A program made the translations under genes and the position numbers. Below are positions 1 through 14,864 of a stretch of DNA of 64,000 nt, in pieces (position 1 is the first letter of the stretch; every line of letters starts with the position of its first letter). The notes under the pieces were generated by a model. The model made no database searches. It was not told the DNA's origin and saw nothing but the letters and a program-made list of their open reading frames with translations. This stretch comes from Tilletiaria anomala UBC 951 (taxonomy: Eukaryota), in the NCBI RefSeq assembly GCF_000711695.1, contig NW_013547013.1, positions 62,001 to 126,000 on the forward strand, written 5' to 3'.

Positions 1-168
1 ACACAGCTCCCTTCCAATAGTCCAAAGGCATTAGGATGACCGATAATACGTCTCTATTCCCGCGGCAGCTCACGTCCTTCGCACGCGTCTCAGTAGTTCA
101 GCAGCCCACTGAAATAGACGTGGGGTGTCGTAAGAACTTTGTTGCATTTCATTTCTGCTGAGAGGTAA

Positions 169-2304
<2,136 letters not shown>

Positions 2305-2346
2305 TAGATATGCATTAGAAGTGGCTGCTGTGTCCACAAAACACCT

Positions 2347-3955
2347 TTATAGATCGTCAAAAAAATTACTTGATGCCTCTGGCATCGATGCCTGTTTCAG
2401 TGTTGCTGTGACGCGTGCTTCTTTCTTTGCCGATTTCGATACCTCCGCATCTGAGTCATCCGAGGCTCCTGAAGATGATGCTGCATCTCCTGAGCCCTGC
2501 ACTTCAGCATCCTCATCGGTCCCTTCATCCTCGCTGCCATCTAGAAGGTCCTTGAGGCTCGTGAAGCGTATAAAGTTTTCGTGCCCGATGCTTGCGAGCC
2601 AATCTCCAGCGTGTAAAGCACGCTCAACAGGAAACCCCTCGTGGTCCGCGGCGACACCCAGCAGCTTGTGTGGACTACGACGAATGTGAGTATTGTCAGT
2701 GTTGGAGCCTTGTTTTTTGCACGTGGACGTTCTGTAACACCCACTAAATTTGTACGACGCGAACCAACCCATCGCTGGAACCGGTGAGGACAGTGTCTTC
2801 ATCGAGCACATCAAGAGAATCGACACTGGCAGGATGACCTGCCAGACGATCGACGTGGTCCAGTAAGCCTTTGCTTGGGGCCCATATGCTCAGCGGGCCT
2901 AGTGACGTGCCAACGACAATCTTGTCACCGCTGGAGAAGAGACTGTGAGCCGAACGAACCTGGACATATCGCCGCGATCTACCTACCCTTTTATTGCTCG
3001 AACGGATAGAAGTTCGTCCTCTTGATCTGCGCTGCACTCCACACCTTTCTTTCCGGCTCGCGGATCGATGACCGAGAGAATTCCGTCGCCACCGACACAT
3101 ATTAAGCGGCTTCTGGACTCCGAAGGTATTTCCTCGTCCTGGGGAGGAGCCTTGTGTTTGGAATCTTTGCGCAGCTTCATGGGGGCTCTCAGGTGAGATC
3201 TCCACATCATGTCTGTCACCCAGTCCGAGTGATGTGACCAGCTATGGACACTTGACCGGCTGCCCGCATTGCCGATGCCGCTGTGCAAAGAAGATGTTGG
3301 CACGCGTGCGTCCCACATTTTTACCACGCCATCATCGTCTCCTGTAGCGAACATTGTGGACGAGATAGGGAGGATGCAAGAAGGCGCGGCGCTGGAGGCG
3401 CAACACCTGCATGAGTTTGGGTACTCTTCCATGTGGTGACTTCCACTCACTCATGTGCCTTTTTCCATTCCTGTAGCACGGACCCGGTCTGGACATCGAT
3501 TCGAGAGATGCTCATATCTTTGGCGATGGCAAACACTGAGGTTCCATCTGGCCACGAGCCGAAGACAATAAATCAGATGTTTGGTAGAGCTCATTGCTCT
3601 CTGAAGCCCAGAGCTTACCTACGCTGAATCGTGCAGCACGACAGCTCTTGCTGCCAGACTTGACAGTCCAAGCTTTTGAGTACAGTCGAGAAGTATTACG
3701 CTCGTCCGACCTGTTCACAGACCGTTTTCTCTTCCCCGCCGCCGCAGCATCGTGCCCAGGCCGTCCGGAATCTTCCACGTGGTTGCGCTCGCCAACCTTT
3801 GTCCCGCTGCTGCCCGAGCGATGCAGATCCGAATAGTCAATCAGGCAGACCTTGCCGGAAACAAGAGCCGCTACCGCGATTTGACGGTCGGATTCCGGCA
3901 CAGCACTCTGAAGTAGATCCACATCAAGGACATCTGCAGCGAAGGGAACGTCCAT
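2347..3955 (-). CDS. JIP5: WD40-repeat protein Jip5/WDR55, multi-exon
   Basis: WD repeats [37 protein letters not shown] and TGSSDGLVR; acidic tail ending NFFDDL, typical of the family. Confidence 0.82.
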
Positions 3956-4584
3956 GACGTTTGTGGAGGGCGCGCTGCGGCACTTTGAGAGCAAGCAGAG
4001 TTACCAAGCACCACCTACACGGGCTCTGCAATGCACAGAGTGTGAGGATTCCCAGTCCTGTTGACAATGAAGTCCTGCGATGTACGAGATTACAGGCGAG
4101 TTGACTTTGAAATGGAAAAGAGGATTTGGTACCGTTGGTGGTGACCGATGCGATCGATGAGCGGTTATTTTTGAGCCAACGCAACTACAGGCTACTGAGG
4201 GTGGTCTATGGAGTGGACCCTATGCGAATGGAATACTCCCTAGTCCCTAGAACTAAATCCCGATGGTGAATTCCGACTTCCGACATTCAAGCCCTAAATG
4301 CCACTTGGGCTTCGTGACTTCTTCTCATGAGCGTATCAACTTGCGACCACCCCCACTGGTGTTCTGCACGGCTTTCGTCTTCTGCACCACAGAAAGCTCA
4401 TGCCAACAAGATATTCTCCTTGTAGCAAGCCCTTCTGCAGCGAGATACTGAATCCCTCCTGGATCTCCTGGGTTGCACAATTTGCTTCCCGGATTTTGCG
4501 GGCGGGACGGGCATGTGTGAGGGCATCCTCTGAAGGGACCCTGCTCAGCGCAGCTGCAGGCATGCCTTCGAAATATCCCAAGCA

Positions 4585-7500
4585 ATGCCTGCTCGAGCAC
4601 AAAGCACTCCTGGAAGGGGGTCGTTTCGGCTCGGACTCTTCCCGACGCTATGCGTAATATGTTTGCTGACCTTCGCTGTCAGTCAAACATACGGGCAACA
4701 CGGCGTTGATGGTTCCAATGACGAACCACAGGCGCTCCCTCGGCCCGGTCTCGCTGCATCGCGCGACGCTGATCCTTCTCATGGCTTGATACCTTCGCTT
4801 ACCATTTCCAACGCCGGAGACTTGAAGCTCCTGGACATTGCCATGGTGACATGCACTGATGGCTCTCTCCATGGCGTTGAACGCGACACTGGCAATAAAG
4901 TCTGGTCGATCACATCACAGGCGTCGCAAATTCAAAGCGATTTCGGACCGTCGATCAGGTCAAGCTACGGCCCTCGGAAGCTCTCCTTTGCTGAAATGAT
5001 GGGCGAGGCCCGAATTTTCGATCCTGCAAAGGGCGCTTCCGAGGATTCTGGACTATACGTCCTAGAACCCACCGGCAATGGTGACATCTACATTCTCGTC
5101 GCCACTGGCAGGGATACTCACGATGCCGACGCCGCGCCCCATGTGGAAGGGCCCAGACGCGGTCTGAAGCTCAGAAAACTGCCACTCAACGTACCCCAAC
5201 TCATTACTTTATCGCCCTTCTCCTTTCCCGGCGATGATTCGAGAGTCTTCATCGGAAAGAAGGAATCAAGATTGGTTGAAGTCAACGCAAGGACAGGCGA
5301 GATAGGCGCCATCTACGGAGGGGATGCAATTTTTCCAGCCTCCCCTGAGCGACAAAATCATGAGCAGAATCATCGCCTGTCAGACCATCAATTACGGGTA
5401 AACCCTGGAGATCCATCCTCTGAAGGCGAGTGGGCGTTGATCGGCCGGACTGGTGAGTCAAGGCACCGTCGAACACTGAAAGCAAACAAGCATGAAATGA
5501 CCAAGTTCACTTCCAAAGATTACTCACTGTCCATCCATGCCAAGCACGATCCCTCATACACACAGACGCTCCACTTAAGTCTCTACACGCCGAATTTGGC
5601 CGATCGCGACATTCTTTCAGCATGGTCCAGTATGAACTATCCGGACTCTCGTAGGTTACTGAGCCTGCCCGAAGAAAGTTCCCTACTCTGTCTAGACATG
5701 TCGTCAAGTCGATCCCACGAGACTAAATCGGAAGGTGCTCTATGGACATCAAACTTTGAGAGTTCGGTGTGAGTCTCCGAAAAGATGATTCCTGAGTTTC
5801 ATTCTTGGACTCATGCAAGCAATTGTCTCTTTTTGTGGGCAAAAAAACCTTCAAAAATCACTGACTTTTTTTACAGTGCATCTATCTTTGATTTCGTCAA
5901 AGTCGAACCAAGCACTGGCCAAGACGGCAACGCCACGCCTCACAGTGCGTCGAGGTCTCGGCCTGTGCTGATTCCGCATCCAACCGTCGATGTCTCAAGC
6001 ATTATTATCGAACACCCAGCGAGATCACATCTCGAAGGAGATGCAAAAGACATCTTTCTCGGCTTTTCTGGAGACTCGCTCTTTGCAATGAGTTCCGATA
6101 GATATCCTTTGGTCGTCTTGTCGCCGCCGGCCCCCTTGTCTCACATTCTTGATGGGTCGGCCAAGTCAGGCGCGAATGGTCACCAGCACGATTTGACTTG
6201 GCATGATGCTCCGAGCCGTAGAGGCTGCGGCGGCATCTCCTGCTGGACGGGTGCATATCGAGTCCAGAACGATGATGTGGCCGAATGGGCCATGAGGGAG
6301 GCTCTGCTGGGCTCTGCACCGTTGCTTGGCATTGGGGGCAGAGAGGTTGATCATGCATCGTCAAGGACGGCTTTTACACCCATTATTTATGCACCTCCGT
6401 CAAGTGATCGAGCCGGATCAAGCGCTCCGGATGCTCGTTCGGATGACGTCAGGCGCAGCCCTAATTCAACGCTCTCAACCTTGCTTCTCCAGGCCGTCCT
6501 TATCATCTCCGTCACATTAGTATCGTGGGCCATCTGGACGGGTCTCCGGCTTCAGGAACGCCAAAAAGCGATCGAAGCAAAGGCCTTCGTAGAGTCCGTC
6601 ATTTACGTCCCTATACACCCGCCCAGTGCCGATGGCACCCGACTTCCTTTGGAAGCAAGTGGAGCTTCGCCGGAAATCCGGAAAGTAAGTCAACGTGTCA
6701 TTGCTGAGGGGAAAGCAGTGCAGGACAACAATCAGGACGCTGGTGAGCAGCCGCAGGCAAATGTGCAAGATCAACATGAGATGGTTGAGTCAGGGAAAAG
6801 CAGCGTTGCGAAGCGGCGGCGGCGAGGAAAACGCGCCGGTCAAGCCGTAGCTGCGAAGCTGGCCAAAGTGAAAGAGACTTGTCTCGAAGAAGTTCACCAG
6901 GAACACATTGAGCCGCCGCCAGATCGGAAACCGCATGAGACATCGGGGCGCATAAACCCAGCAGCAGTGCACGACCCACGCTCAAGACCGCTCCCCAACG
7001 GCAGCCCGGACAACACAATCGCAGTCAAGACCGCTACCCAGATAGCTCCTCCACAACCAGATGCGGCTGCAATCATGGCAACGAAGCCCGCCGAAGTGTC
7101 AAATTCGACACTGACTCTCTCAGACGAAGTGCTTGGTAAGTACAGTTTCAAATTGGTGGCATTGGCGTAGCAGCTGACATTGCCACCTTCGAAGGATACG
7201 GCTCTTCTGGCACTGTGGTCTTCAAGGGTACTTTTCAAGGGCGAGCGGTGGCAGTCAAACGGCTTCTGAAGGACTTTGTTTCGGTGGCATCCAAAGAGGT
7301 TTCACTGCTGGAGTCTGCTGATGATCAGTGCGTGCTACCTAGACGGCTTGCAGGGAGGACTACATACTGATCATTTCACCCCTTTCATCTATTGTCCGTC
7401 CTCAGTCCTAATGTCGTGCGATATTTCTACAAGGAGATGACAGAGAGCTTCCTATATATTGCGCTCGAATTGTGCTCTGCGACACTGGCAGATGTCATCG

Positions 7501-8722
7501 AGAAGCCTTTGGACTACCGTGACCTCGGAAACCAGCTCGAACCAAAGCGCGCACTTTCACAGATCACCCACGGCCTTCTTCATCTGCATAACTTGTCCAG
7601 TGAGTGCTCGCGAGTCGTCTTGTAAGGGATAGCGCTAATTTATGCGATCGGTACAGTTGTGCATCGTGATCTCAAGCCCCAGAACATTCTCGTCACCCTG
7701 ACTACGAAGGGCAAGCTGAAGATGCTGCTTTCAGATTTCGGCTTATCCAAGAAACTTGATGGATTCGCGCAGTCTAGCTTTTCTCAGACCGTAAACAATC
7801 CCGGCGGGACTGTCGGTTGGAGAGCGCCAGAGATCTTGCGTGGCGAAGTATCAATGGATGCGGGGAGCGAGAGCACGGAGGCATCATCTGAATTGCCGGT
7901 AGAAAAACCCTCAAATGAGGAGAAGACGAAACTAACTAGAGCGGTGGATATTTTCGCTCTCGGATGCATATACTAGTGAGAGGATGCAGATATCCAGTTT
8001 GGAACTTGTCGCTGGTTAACCATTCTCCTTCCCGGCTAGCTATCTTTTGTCCAATGGTGATCACCCCTTCGGATCGCGATTCGAACGCGAGCTGAACGTG
8101 TTGCGAGGTCGAGTCGACTTGACCCGTCTTGATACTCTTGGCGAAGAAGGCAATGAGGCAAAACATCTCATCTTCAACCTCATCAACTCGGACCCGACGC
8201 AAAGAGCCTCCGCCCAAGACATCATCTCGCATCCTTATTTCTGGGATTCTAGCAAGCGTCTGTCATTTCTCACGAATGCCAGCGACCGCTTTGACACAAT
8301 GGAGCGTGATCCGCCAGCGCCAGCGCTCGTCTCACTAGAGAGTGGAGCACTGGATGTCATTGGGAAAAATTGGCAGCGCCGACTCGATCAGGCTTTTGTC
8401 CAAGACCTCGGCAAATTCAGGAGCTACGACCCTAAGAAGTTGCAAGATCTATTGAGGGCGATGAGGAACAAGGTGCAGCCCTTTGATGGTATATCTTCCA
8501 CCATTCTCTTGCTGATGCACAAGTGTTCCGCAGAGTCATCACTTTCAAGATATGCAGCCCCGTCTGCAACAGATTTTGGGGCCTTTGCCGGAAGGCTTTT
8601 TGAATTACTTCACACAGCGCTTTCCAAAACTGTTCTTGCACGTGTATGCCGTCATTATTGAGCAGCCGCTGTTGCAGCATGAGGCCAGGTTCAAAATATT
8701 CTTTCAGAGCGACCAGGAGTAA
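4585..8722 (+). CDS. IRE1: ER stress sensor kinase/endoribonuclease Ire1, multi-exon
   Basis: Signal peptide; luminal domain (DGSLHGVER, LPLNVPQLI, GRT|DY); TM helix; kinase motifs (LG|YGSSGTVV, HRDLKPQN, DFGLSKK, GWRAPE); KEN/RNase domain (DLLRAMRNK|SHHFQD); TAA at 8720-8722. Confidence 0.95.
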
Positions 8723-8824
8723 GCTAAGCACACGTCGGAGAGCAAAGTGTATCATAGTTCATTGTATCCTACCGGCCAGCGATTGGTCAGATTGAAATTA
8801 TTACTCGAGATCGGCCTGTCGACT

Positions 8825-10708
8825 CTATCGGTCCTTTCGGGAGTGCTGCAGAAAATGTAACAGTGGGTCGGCAGACTAAGGCTGACGGCCGGACCGAATC
8901 GCTAACTCACCTCAGGCTTGTGATCGCTCTCATGATCGACATGGATGAAAGCTCTTTCGACCATTGGCAGCATTTCAAGCCGGTCCTGAAGATCCTGGGA
9001 TACATCATGGGATAACCAGAGTGGAGTTTCAGGCTTCATGACGATGTCCACCTCCACGATGTACTAGAACAGGAGAGACGGCGGAGCGCAGCGTGAGTAT
9101 CGGCGTCCTTCAAAGTGGAGCCGTAGCGCCGGATGCGTCCAACTTACCTTTGGGCCAGAGTGGTAGGCTTTGCAGCTATCGATTTTCTCGATATTAGCAT
9201 GATGCAGCATCGCATTATATGTGACAAGCTGCATAAACTCTGTGGGGGCTGCTTGTCCCGCGAGCTCGCGGAACTGCAGGTAGGCCGTCCTGCTCCAGGA
9301 GAAGATGATGGCGAAGGAGATGCTGTATACTCGAGGGGAGGAAGAAAGTCAGACTGGGTTGCCTGGAATATGACTCCAATTGGGATGCGCACATCACAGC
9401 TCCCATAGGATCCAACCACCAAGCAATCTTTGCGCCGGCGGCAGATGTAAAAATACCAAAGCCGTTGATGAAGAGGTCGTTCCTGTGGTCCTCGTAGAGG
9501 ACTTGCACTTGAGACGAGAATTTGCGAAGACCGAAGCAGTATATGGCGAGAGACAATTTGACACAGAAAGCGACGCCAACCGCGATCAGCGAAGGTAAGA
9601 AGAAATCATTGAGGCCGCCGCTCTTGTGCGTAGCGATGTCTCGCAATGACTCGACGATCAGAATGAGCGAGACGGAGCCCATGAGGAACGCATAGACAAT
9701 GTTGCCAATCTGTCAGAAGCAGCAAGGAGAATTTGGGATCAACCGGGCACGGTTTACAGCATCGTCTAAGAGCATTAGTGACACGCACCGATTCGAAACG
9801 AGACCCTCCAATGGGCCACTTGCGTTCGTCAACATTGGAAGCCTTGCGATGCAACCAATTGAGAACCAGGTTCGCGAACTTCCACCCCCACCCCCCAAAT
9901 GAGATGCAGGTCAGCTCCGTCGCAGTGAATCAGGCGCTTGACACTGAAAGGCAATGTATAGCAAACGCACTGGATCAAAGACACTATCTGCTGCCGTTGC
10001 AAATAGCGAGAGCGACAGCGAGGATATTGCGGCATACAGCTGAAGGCCTGCGAGGACAAAGTTGGCGGCGATGGAAGTGTACACTGCGATGCGTACCTGT
10101 GAATGAAATGACATGAGGATGGATGCACGCATGGGAATTAGTGACTGAAGCAATGTGGAGATAGGTAGGCAAGCGTTGTCGAGTGCAAGCACCTTGAGTG
10201 CGTTCCTGTTGCGCTCATCAGCACCGTCGCTCGCGTGCTGGGCCATGGACTTCAGTAGGTTGTTGATGTGAGAGTTTTGTGTTTCATAGAACCTTGACAC
10301 GGCTTTCTCGAGCTTCCGACCTTTGCCCGAGACTCGCATTCGGATCTCTTGCTCATTGACCACGCGGGATCGAAGCAGCAGAGGATCGGTCTCCTCATGT
10401 GAGGGTGTGACAGGCCCGAGGCCGGCCGATGTGCCGACAGACCCCATTCGTTGGAGGTCGACGTGGTTTCCACCTGTCTCCATGTGTTTGGCGATGATGT
10501 GAGCATAATGGTGCGTGGGAAGCGAGGCGCTTGGCCCGACATTGATGTTGAGACTGATGTCGTTTCCTTGAGCAATGCTATGCTTCGGTGAGGACGGCTG
10601 TCCCAGCTGCTTGCCCATCTGCACGGCAGTCAGTTGTATCTCCTCCGGCAGGCTTTCCTTGACTTGTCCGCTGCCAGACTCTCCTGCTGTTTCGTTGTCA
10701 TGCGACAT
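8825..10708 (-). CDS. Cation diffusion facilitator (Mn-CDF/MTP8-11-like) transporter, multi-exon
   Basis: SLSLFATAADSVFDP, EDHRND and WWLDPMGA motifs; C-terminal SHDVSQDLQ...VERAFIHVDHESDHKPE|H dimerisation domain. Confidence 0.88.
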
Positions 10709-13507
10709 GCTCGTAATGATTTATTCGGCTGGTGGGCCGCTGCTACGAATGGTGGCGACGATTGTGATGCGCTGTGCTTGTGTGCTTAAACCCTCCACTA
10801 CCTGGAAGCGATGTGGCATTCACAAGGCACAAGATTTCAACGATGCGTGCGAGTACATTCAAGCCCACGTCCCCAAGATCCCCCGGGCTGTGGTAGATGT
10901 GCATGGAGTCTGGAGAAATTGGAGCGTCGAGTGAGAACGAGACGTGAAATTAGAGCGCTCAGCAATCACCTCTGCTACGCTTGCTCTCCAGGTACATGGC
11001 ACAAATCGCACAAATGCGAACGCCCTGTCGGCGCAATTTGGATCAAGAGAAAGGGTGGCACAGCCCCCCCCAAAGACCAGACACGCTCAACTTTCGGCTG
11101 GATTCTGCCATCAAATTCAATGCCAGCACAGCCAGACATAACAGATAACTTTTGGAAAGCAGAAACGAAATCGAAGCATGAGACTGAGTACATAGCATCG
11201 AGAGCGCCAGTATTGCTACGGCTCACAAAGGCCAAAGAGTCACGAGCAGTGTGGCAACCGAGTGCGTACTGGTCATCAGAAAACGGCACAAAAGCGGCTC
11301 ATTGCACACCCTTCTATCCTGACTGTCGAAACGTGGAAAAAGTCAGCGGGCTCTAGGCTAGACGACATCCTCGCACCTCGTGGCGCCTTCCATGTTACAG
11401 AGTGTACCTTTTCCTCTGCTGAGCTTCCGCCAAACGCCAAGGTGTGATTGTGCGCCGCCCATATCGCTCCTGTACAATCCTCTTTCTGGGGGACCCACGC
11501 ATGCTCAGCAGGGTCAGGCAAATGCACCGCCCATTACTGAAAAGTGGCCCCCGCTTAGATTATGTCCCAAAAGGATCCGCGATGGCCAAAGGCAGACGCT
11601 GAGAGCTTCTCCAAAACTTGGACGCCCAACGCCGGGTCCGCAGCGCGGACAAAGACAAACACGCGCAGGGAAGACGAGTGTGTCGACTTGCCAAGGCTGT
11701 TGTCCACAAACTTGTGGCGAACTGCGAGATATTGAAAGTAGGCTATTGCCGCAAGGACTCTGCGACATCCTGCATGGCCGGATGTACCGGCATGAGCTCC
11801 TTTCGGCACCGCGCAAGGAAAGGGCCCGGGTGTGAGACAATGATGCTGCAACTGTGACAACAGTGTCCAAAATCACTGGGAATCTTCTCATGCAAACCTT
11901 ACTCACGAGGCCCTCAAAGGGGGGCACATCATGTGCGCGCACCTTTGCGTCCGTCAACGGTGCACCTCGCTTACAGAACGGCCCGATGTTGAGATTCGGG
12001 GAACGCTGGACAATCGCGAAAGGCCGCCCATCCATCGGAGGGAAATACCACCAAGGCCTCGCCTAGGATTCATGACCAAGTAGGTGACGAGGTCAGGGAA
12101 AAGGGATGGGGCGATTAACCCGAAAATGCCGCCCTAGTCCTGCACGACAAGCGTGTAGGGTGCGCCTTCCGTGTACAAACTCGGATGTCGACAATGTGCG
12201 CATGGATGCAATGGACCAACAATGTACGGTGACTGGTGGGGGCATCGGATCCGTCATTGATGGGTTTTTCTGAGCGTCCGAATCCGATGAGATCGGGTAC
12301 GAAGCCTGTAAACGCACGGGGAGAGGAGAGCAAGAGAGGGCAGTTCGTCCCTGCCTGATCAGTCTCTCGCATGACTTCAGCGTGCATGGGTACGGTGCGG
12401 GGAAGGCCGGCGACTCGGTCACGTGCTTTCGAGGTGCGGCGCTCTGCAAGAATCCAGAGATCATCTTGCGATACAGAAATCCACATATCGACTCTCTGTG
12501 CAGACACAGCAAAACCTTGGTCTACACATGCTCCGATAGGGTGGTACGGGCGGCATTGCACGACGAGCCCTCTGGTTCTGAAGTCGATGACTCTCCCGTA
12601 AGCACCGTGAAGCGAGACCCGAAGGTGCCGGAGACGGGTGCCGGGTCGATCGAGGGGGCGCGCATGGTTGCGAAAATTCAGGGCTCACGAGTCCGTTCGT
12701 AGCTGAGCTGCTGCCATGGCCCTGAAGCCTTTTGCCTTGGAGCTCATCAACGGCTAGACCCGTCAAGGAGATCGATCTAAGCAGGAGGCCTGAGCCTGCG
12801 TGGTCATTGTTACTTTGACGCTGCACCGAATATATCAGAAAAGGACCACAGAGTGGAACCGGTGGGTGGTCTGTGCGCAGGCCGTGGACGATCGAAATTC
12901 CTGAGAATACCGAAATCCCCGGGTTTCCACTCCCGCTGGCGGTGGGCGATATTCTATTCATCTACGATGAAGCGAAGTTGACTGGAGTTTGCGTCATCAC
13001 CGATCGCACAATTGAGTGCTGTGCTGCCGCGCTTAACCCTCTTCTCTAGTCTGCAGCGAAAACACAGCCAGCCAGTATCCTCCAACTCTTCTGTGTGGCT
13101 GCGCCACCCGCCCTTGTTCTCTCGCCCTTGCCCGTTTGCCGCGCAGAGCCGCCGCCCGTTTCGCTCAGCTCAGACAGACACTCCGCCTATCAATTAAATC
13201 CATTCAATGACACTTGTGGCTTGGAGGGTTGAGTGGAGATGCTGACTGCACTTATATAACTCTCTTCCATTCTCTCTATTCCGCAGTCCACCACCGTCGG
13301 CATCATTCCTTCGCACGAGTTCTACTGTTCGCCCAACGAAAAGCGAAGGATCCAACAGCGACCGAGTCGTCGTAGCGTGCAAAGCACCCCCGGCGAGCAC
13401 GACATCACTTTCGCTCGCTTTTTTTCTTGCTGGCTGGCTGGCTGGCCTTGTTTGGCGCTACTTCTTTTGGAGTCTGCGCAGGGCCCACCCTACGCACTGT
13501 GGCCAAT

Positions 13508-14514
13508 ATGGCGCCTCTCTCTTCGACCAACCCATCAACGACACCTGCAGAGCCCATCCTCTACTCGTTCAAGACGCCGGATGACCTGAGCAAAGGGTTG
13601 GCAGAATTTGTCATCAAGGTGCGTTCTTGAGGATCGGCGCGCTGAACTGTAGCAGCAACGGCAAGGGTACTAGAGGAGCTGAGTTCATTAGCGCTGAATA
13701 ACCTACTCCGTCGGGTGTCCTTCCATCCCCGTGCAGGCGCAAGATGATGCCATCACTCGCAGGAACAAGTTCACACTTGCTACCTCAGGGGGGAGTCTGC
13801 CCAAGATGCTCTCCAAATACCTCGTAAACCGTGATGACAATCGGCTTCGATGGGACAAGTGGTGCGTTCCCATCCTCTGGCACATCTTCTCTGTGTTTCT
13901 GTGTAGCTGAGCGGCCTTTTGACCTCATGGGTGCTTGCAGGGAGATCTTTTTCTGCGATGAGCGCCTGGTTCCTCTTGACCACGAGGACTCCAATTACTA
14001 CCTCTGTGATAGGGAATTTTTCAGCAAAGTCCCCGAGCTGAAGCGCTCGCAGATCCACACGATCGACGAAAAGCTCTTGGACGACGCAGAGGAGCTGGCA
14101 GATGCATACGAGAAGGACCTGGTAGCAGCGTTCGCAGGCAAGGAGGCTGTGAGAAGGCCCGTCTTCGATCTCATCCTCCTCGGCATGGGACCCGACGGCC
14201 ACACCTGCTCTCTCTTCCCCGGGCATGAGCTGCTCGCCGAGCAGCATCGCTGGGTGGCACCCATCAAGGACAGCCCCAAGCCACCATCAAATAGAATTAC
14301 CTTCACCTATCCTGTTCTCAACCACGCCCACCGCGCCGCGTTCGTCCTCGCTGGAGAGGGCAAGCAGGATCTCCTCGCGCGCACCCTCGACCATCCGGAA
14401 GAGGGTCTGCCAGCTTCGCGCGTTAGACCAGCGCCACCGGGCGACATTTACTACTTTACCGACGATGCCGCCAGCGCAAAAGCACAGTATCCCAAGTCCG
14501 AGTTCAAGCTCTGA
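13508..14514 (+). CDS. SOL1: 6-phosphogluconolactonase (Sol-type), 3 exons
   Basis: [44 protein letters not shown] and [13 protein letters not shown] motifs. Confidence 0.92.
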
Positions 14515-14864
14515 GCAAGAAGAGACAGATAAAATGATGCAAACAATGACGATCGAACGAGTGCATGGATTTCTTTGATCACCCGACTAGCGACTGTAAC
14601 GCATCCTCCATCAGACCATATGAGCAATGTCGGCGTGGGTGCCTCCAGCTCTGTTCACGCTCGCATTTGAAGACATGAATGTCTAGACGTACAGGACCTC
14701 GCACCATGTGCCCATGTTGTGCAGCGATGATCCAGTACGCTGAGATTTTCCGTTTTAGAGTACAAAAAGGCATGCGATAGCCGTATATCAATGGGGAATG
14801 GACCAGATAGAGTGGAGCAACGACTAAAAGTGGACATTGAATTAAAGGGGTAAGGAACTCACTA

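Noticed and set aside
13373..13507. Hydrophobic N-terminal extension of 6-phosphogluconolactonase
   Set aside because: Starts at TTG with an in-frame TAG at 13373 and no ATG; no convincing upstream exon.
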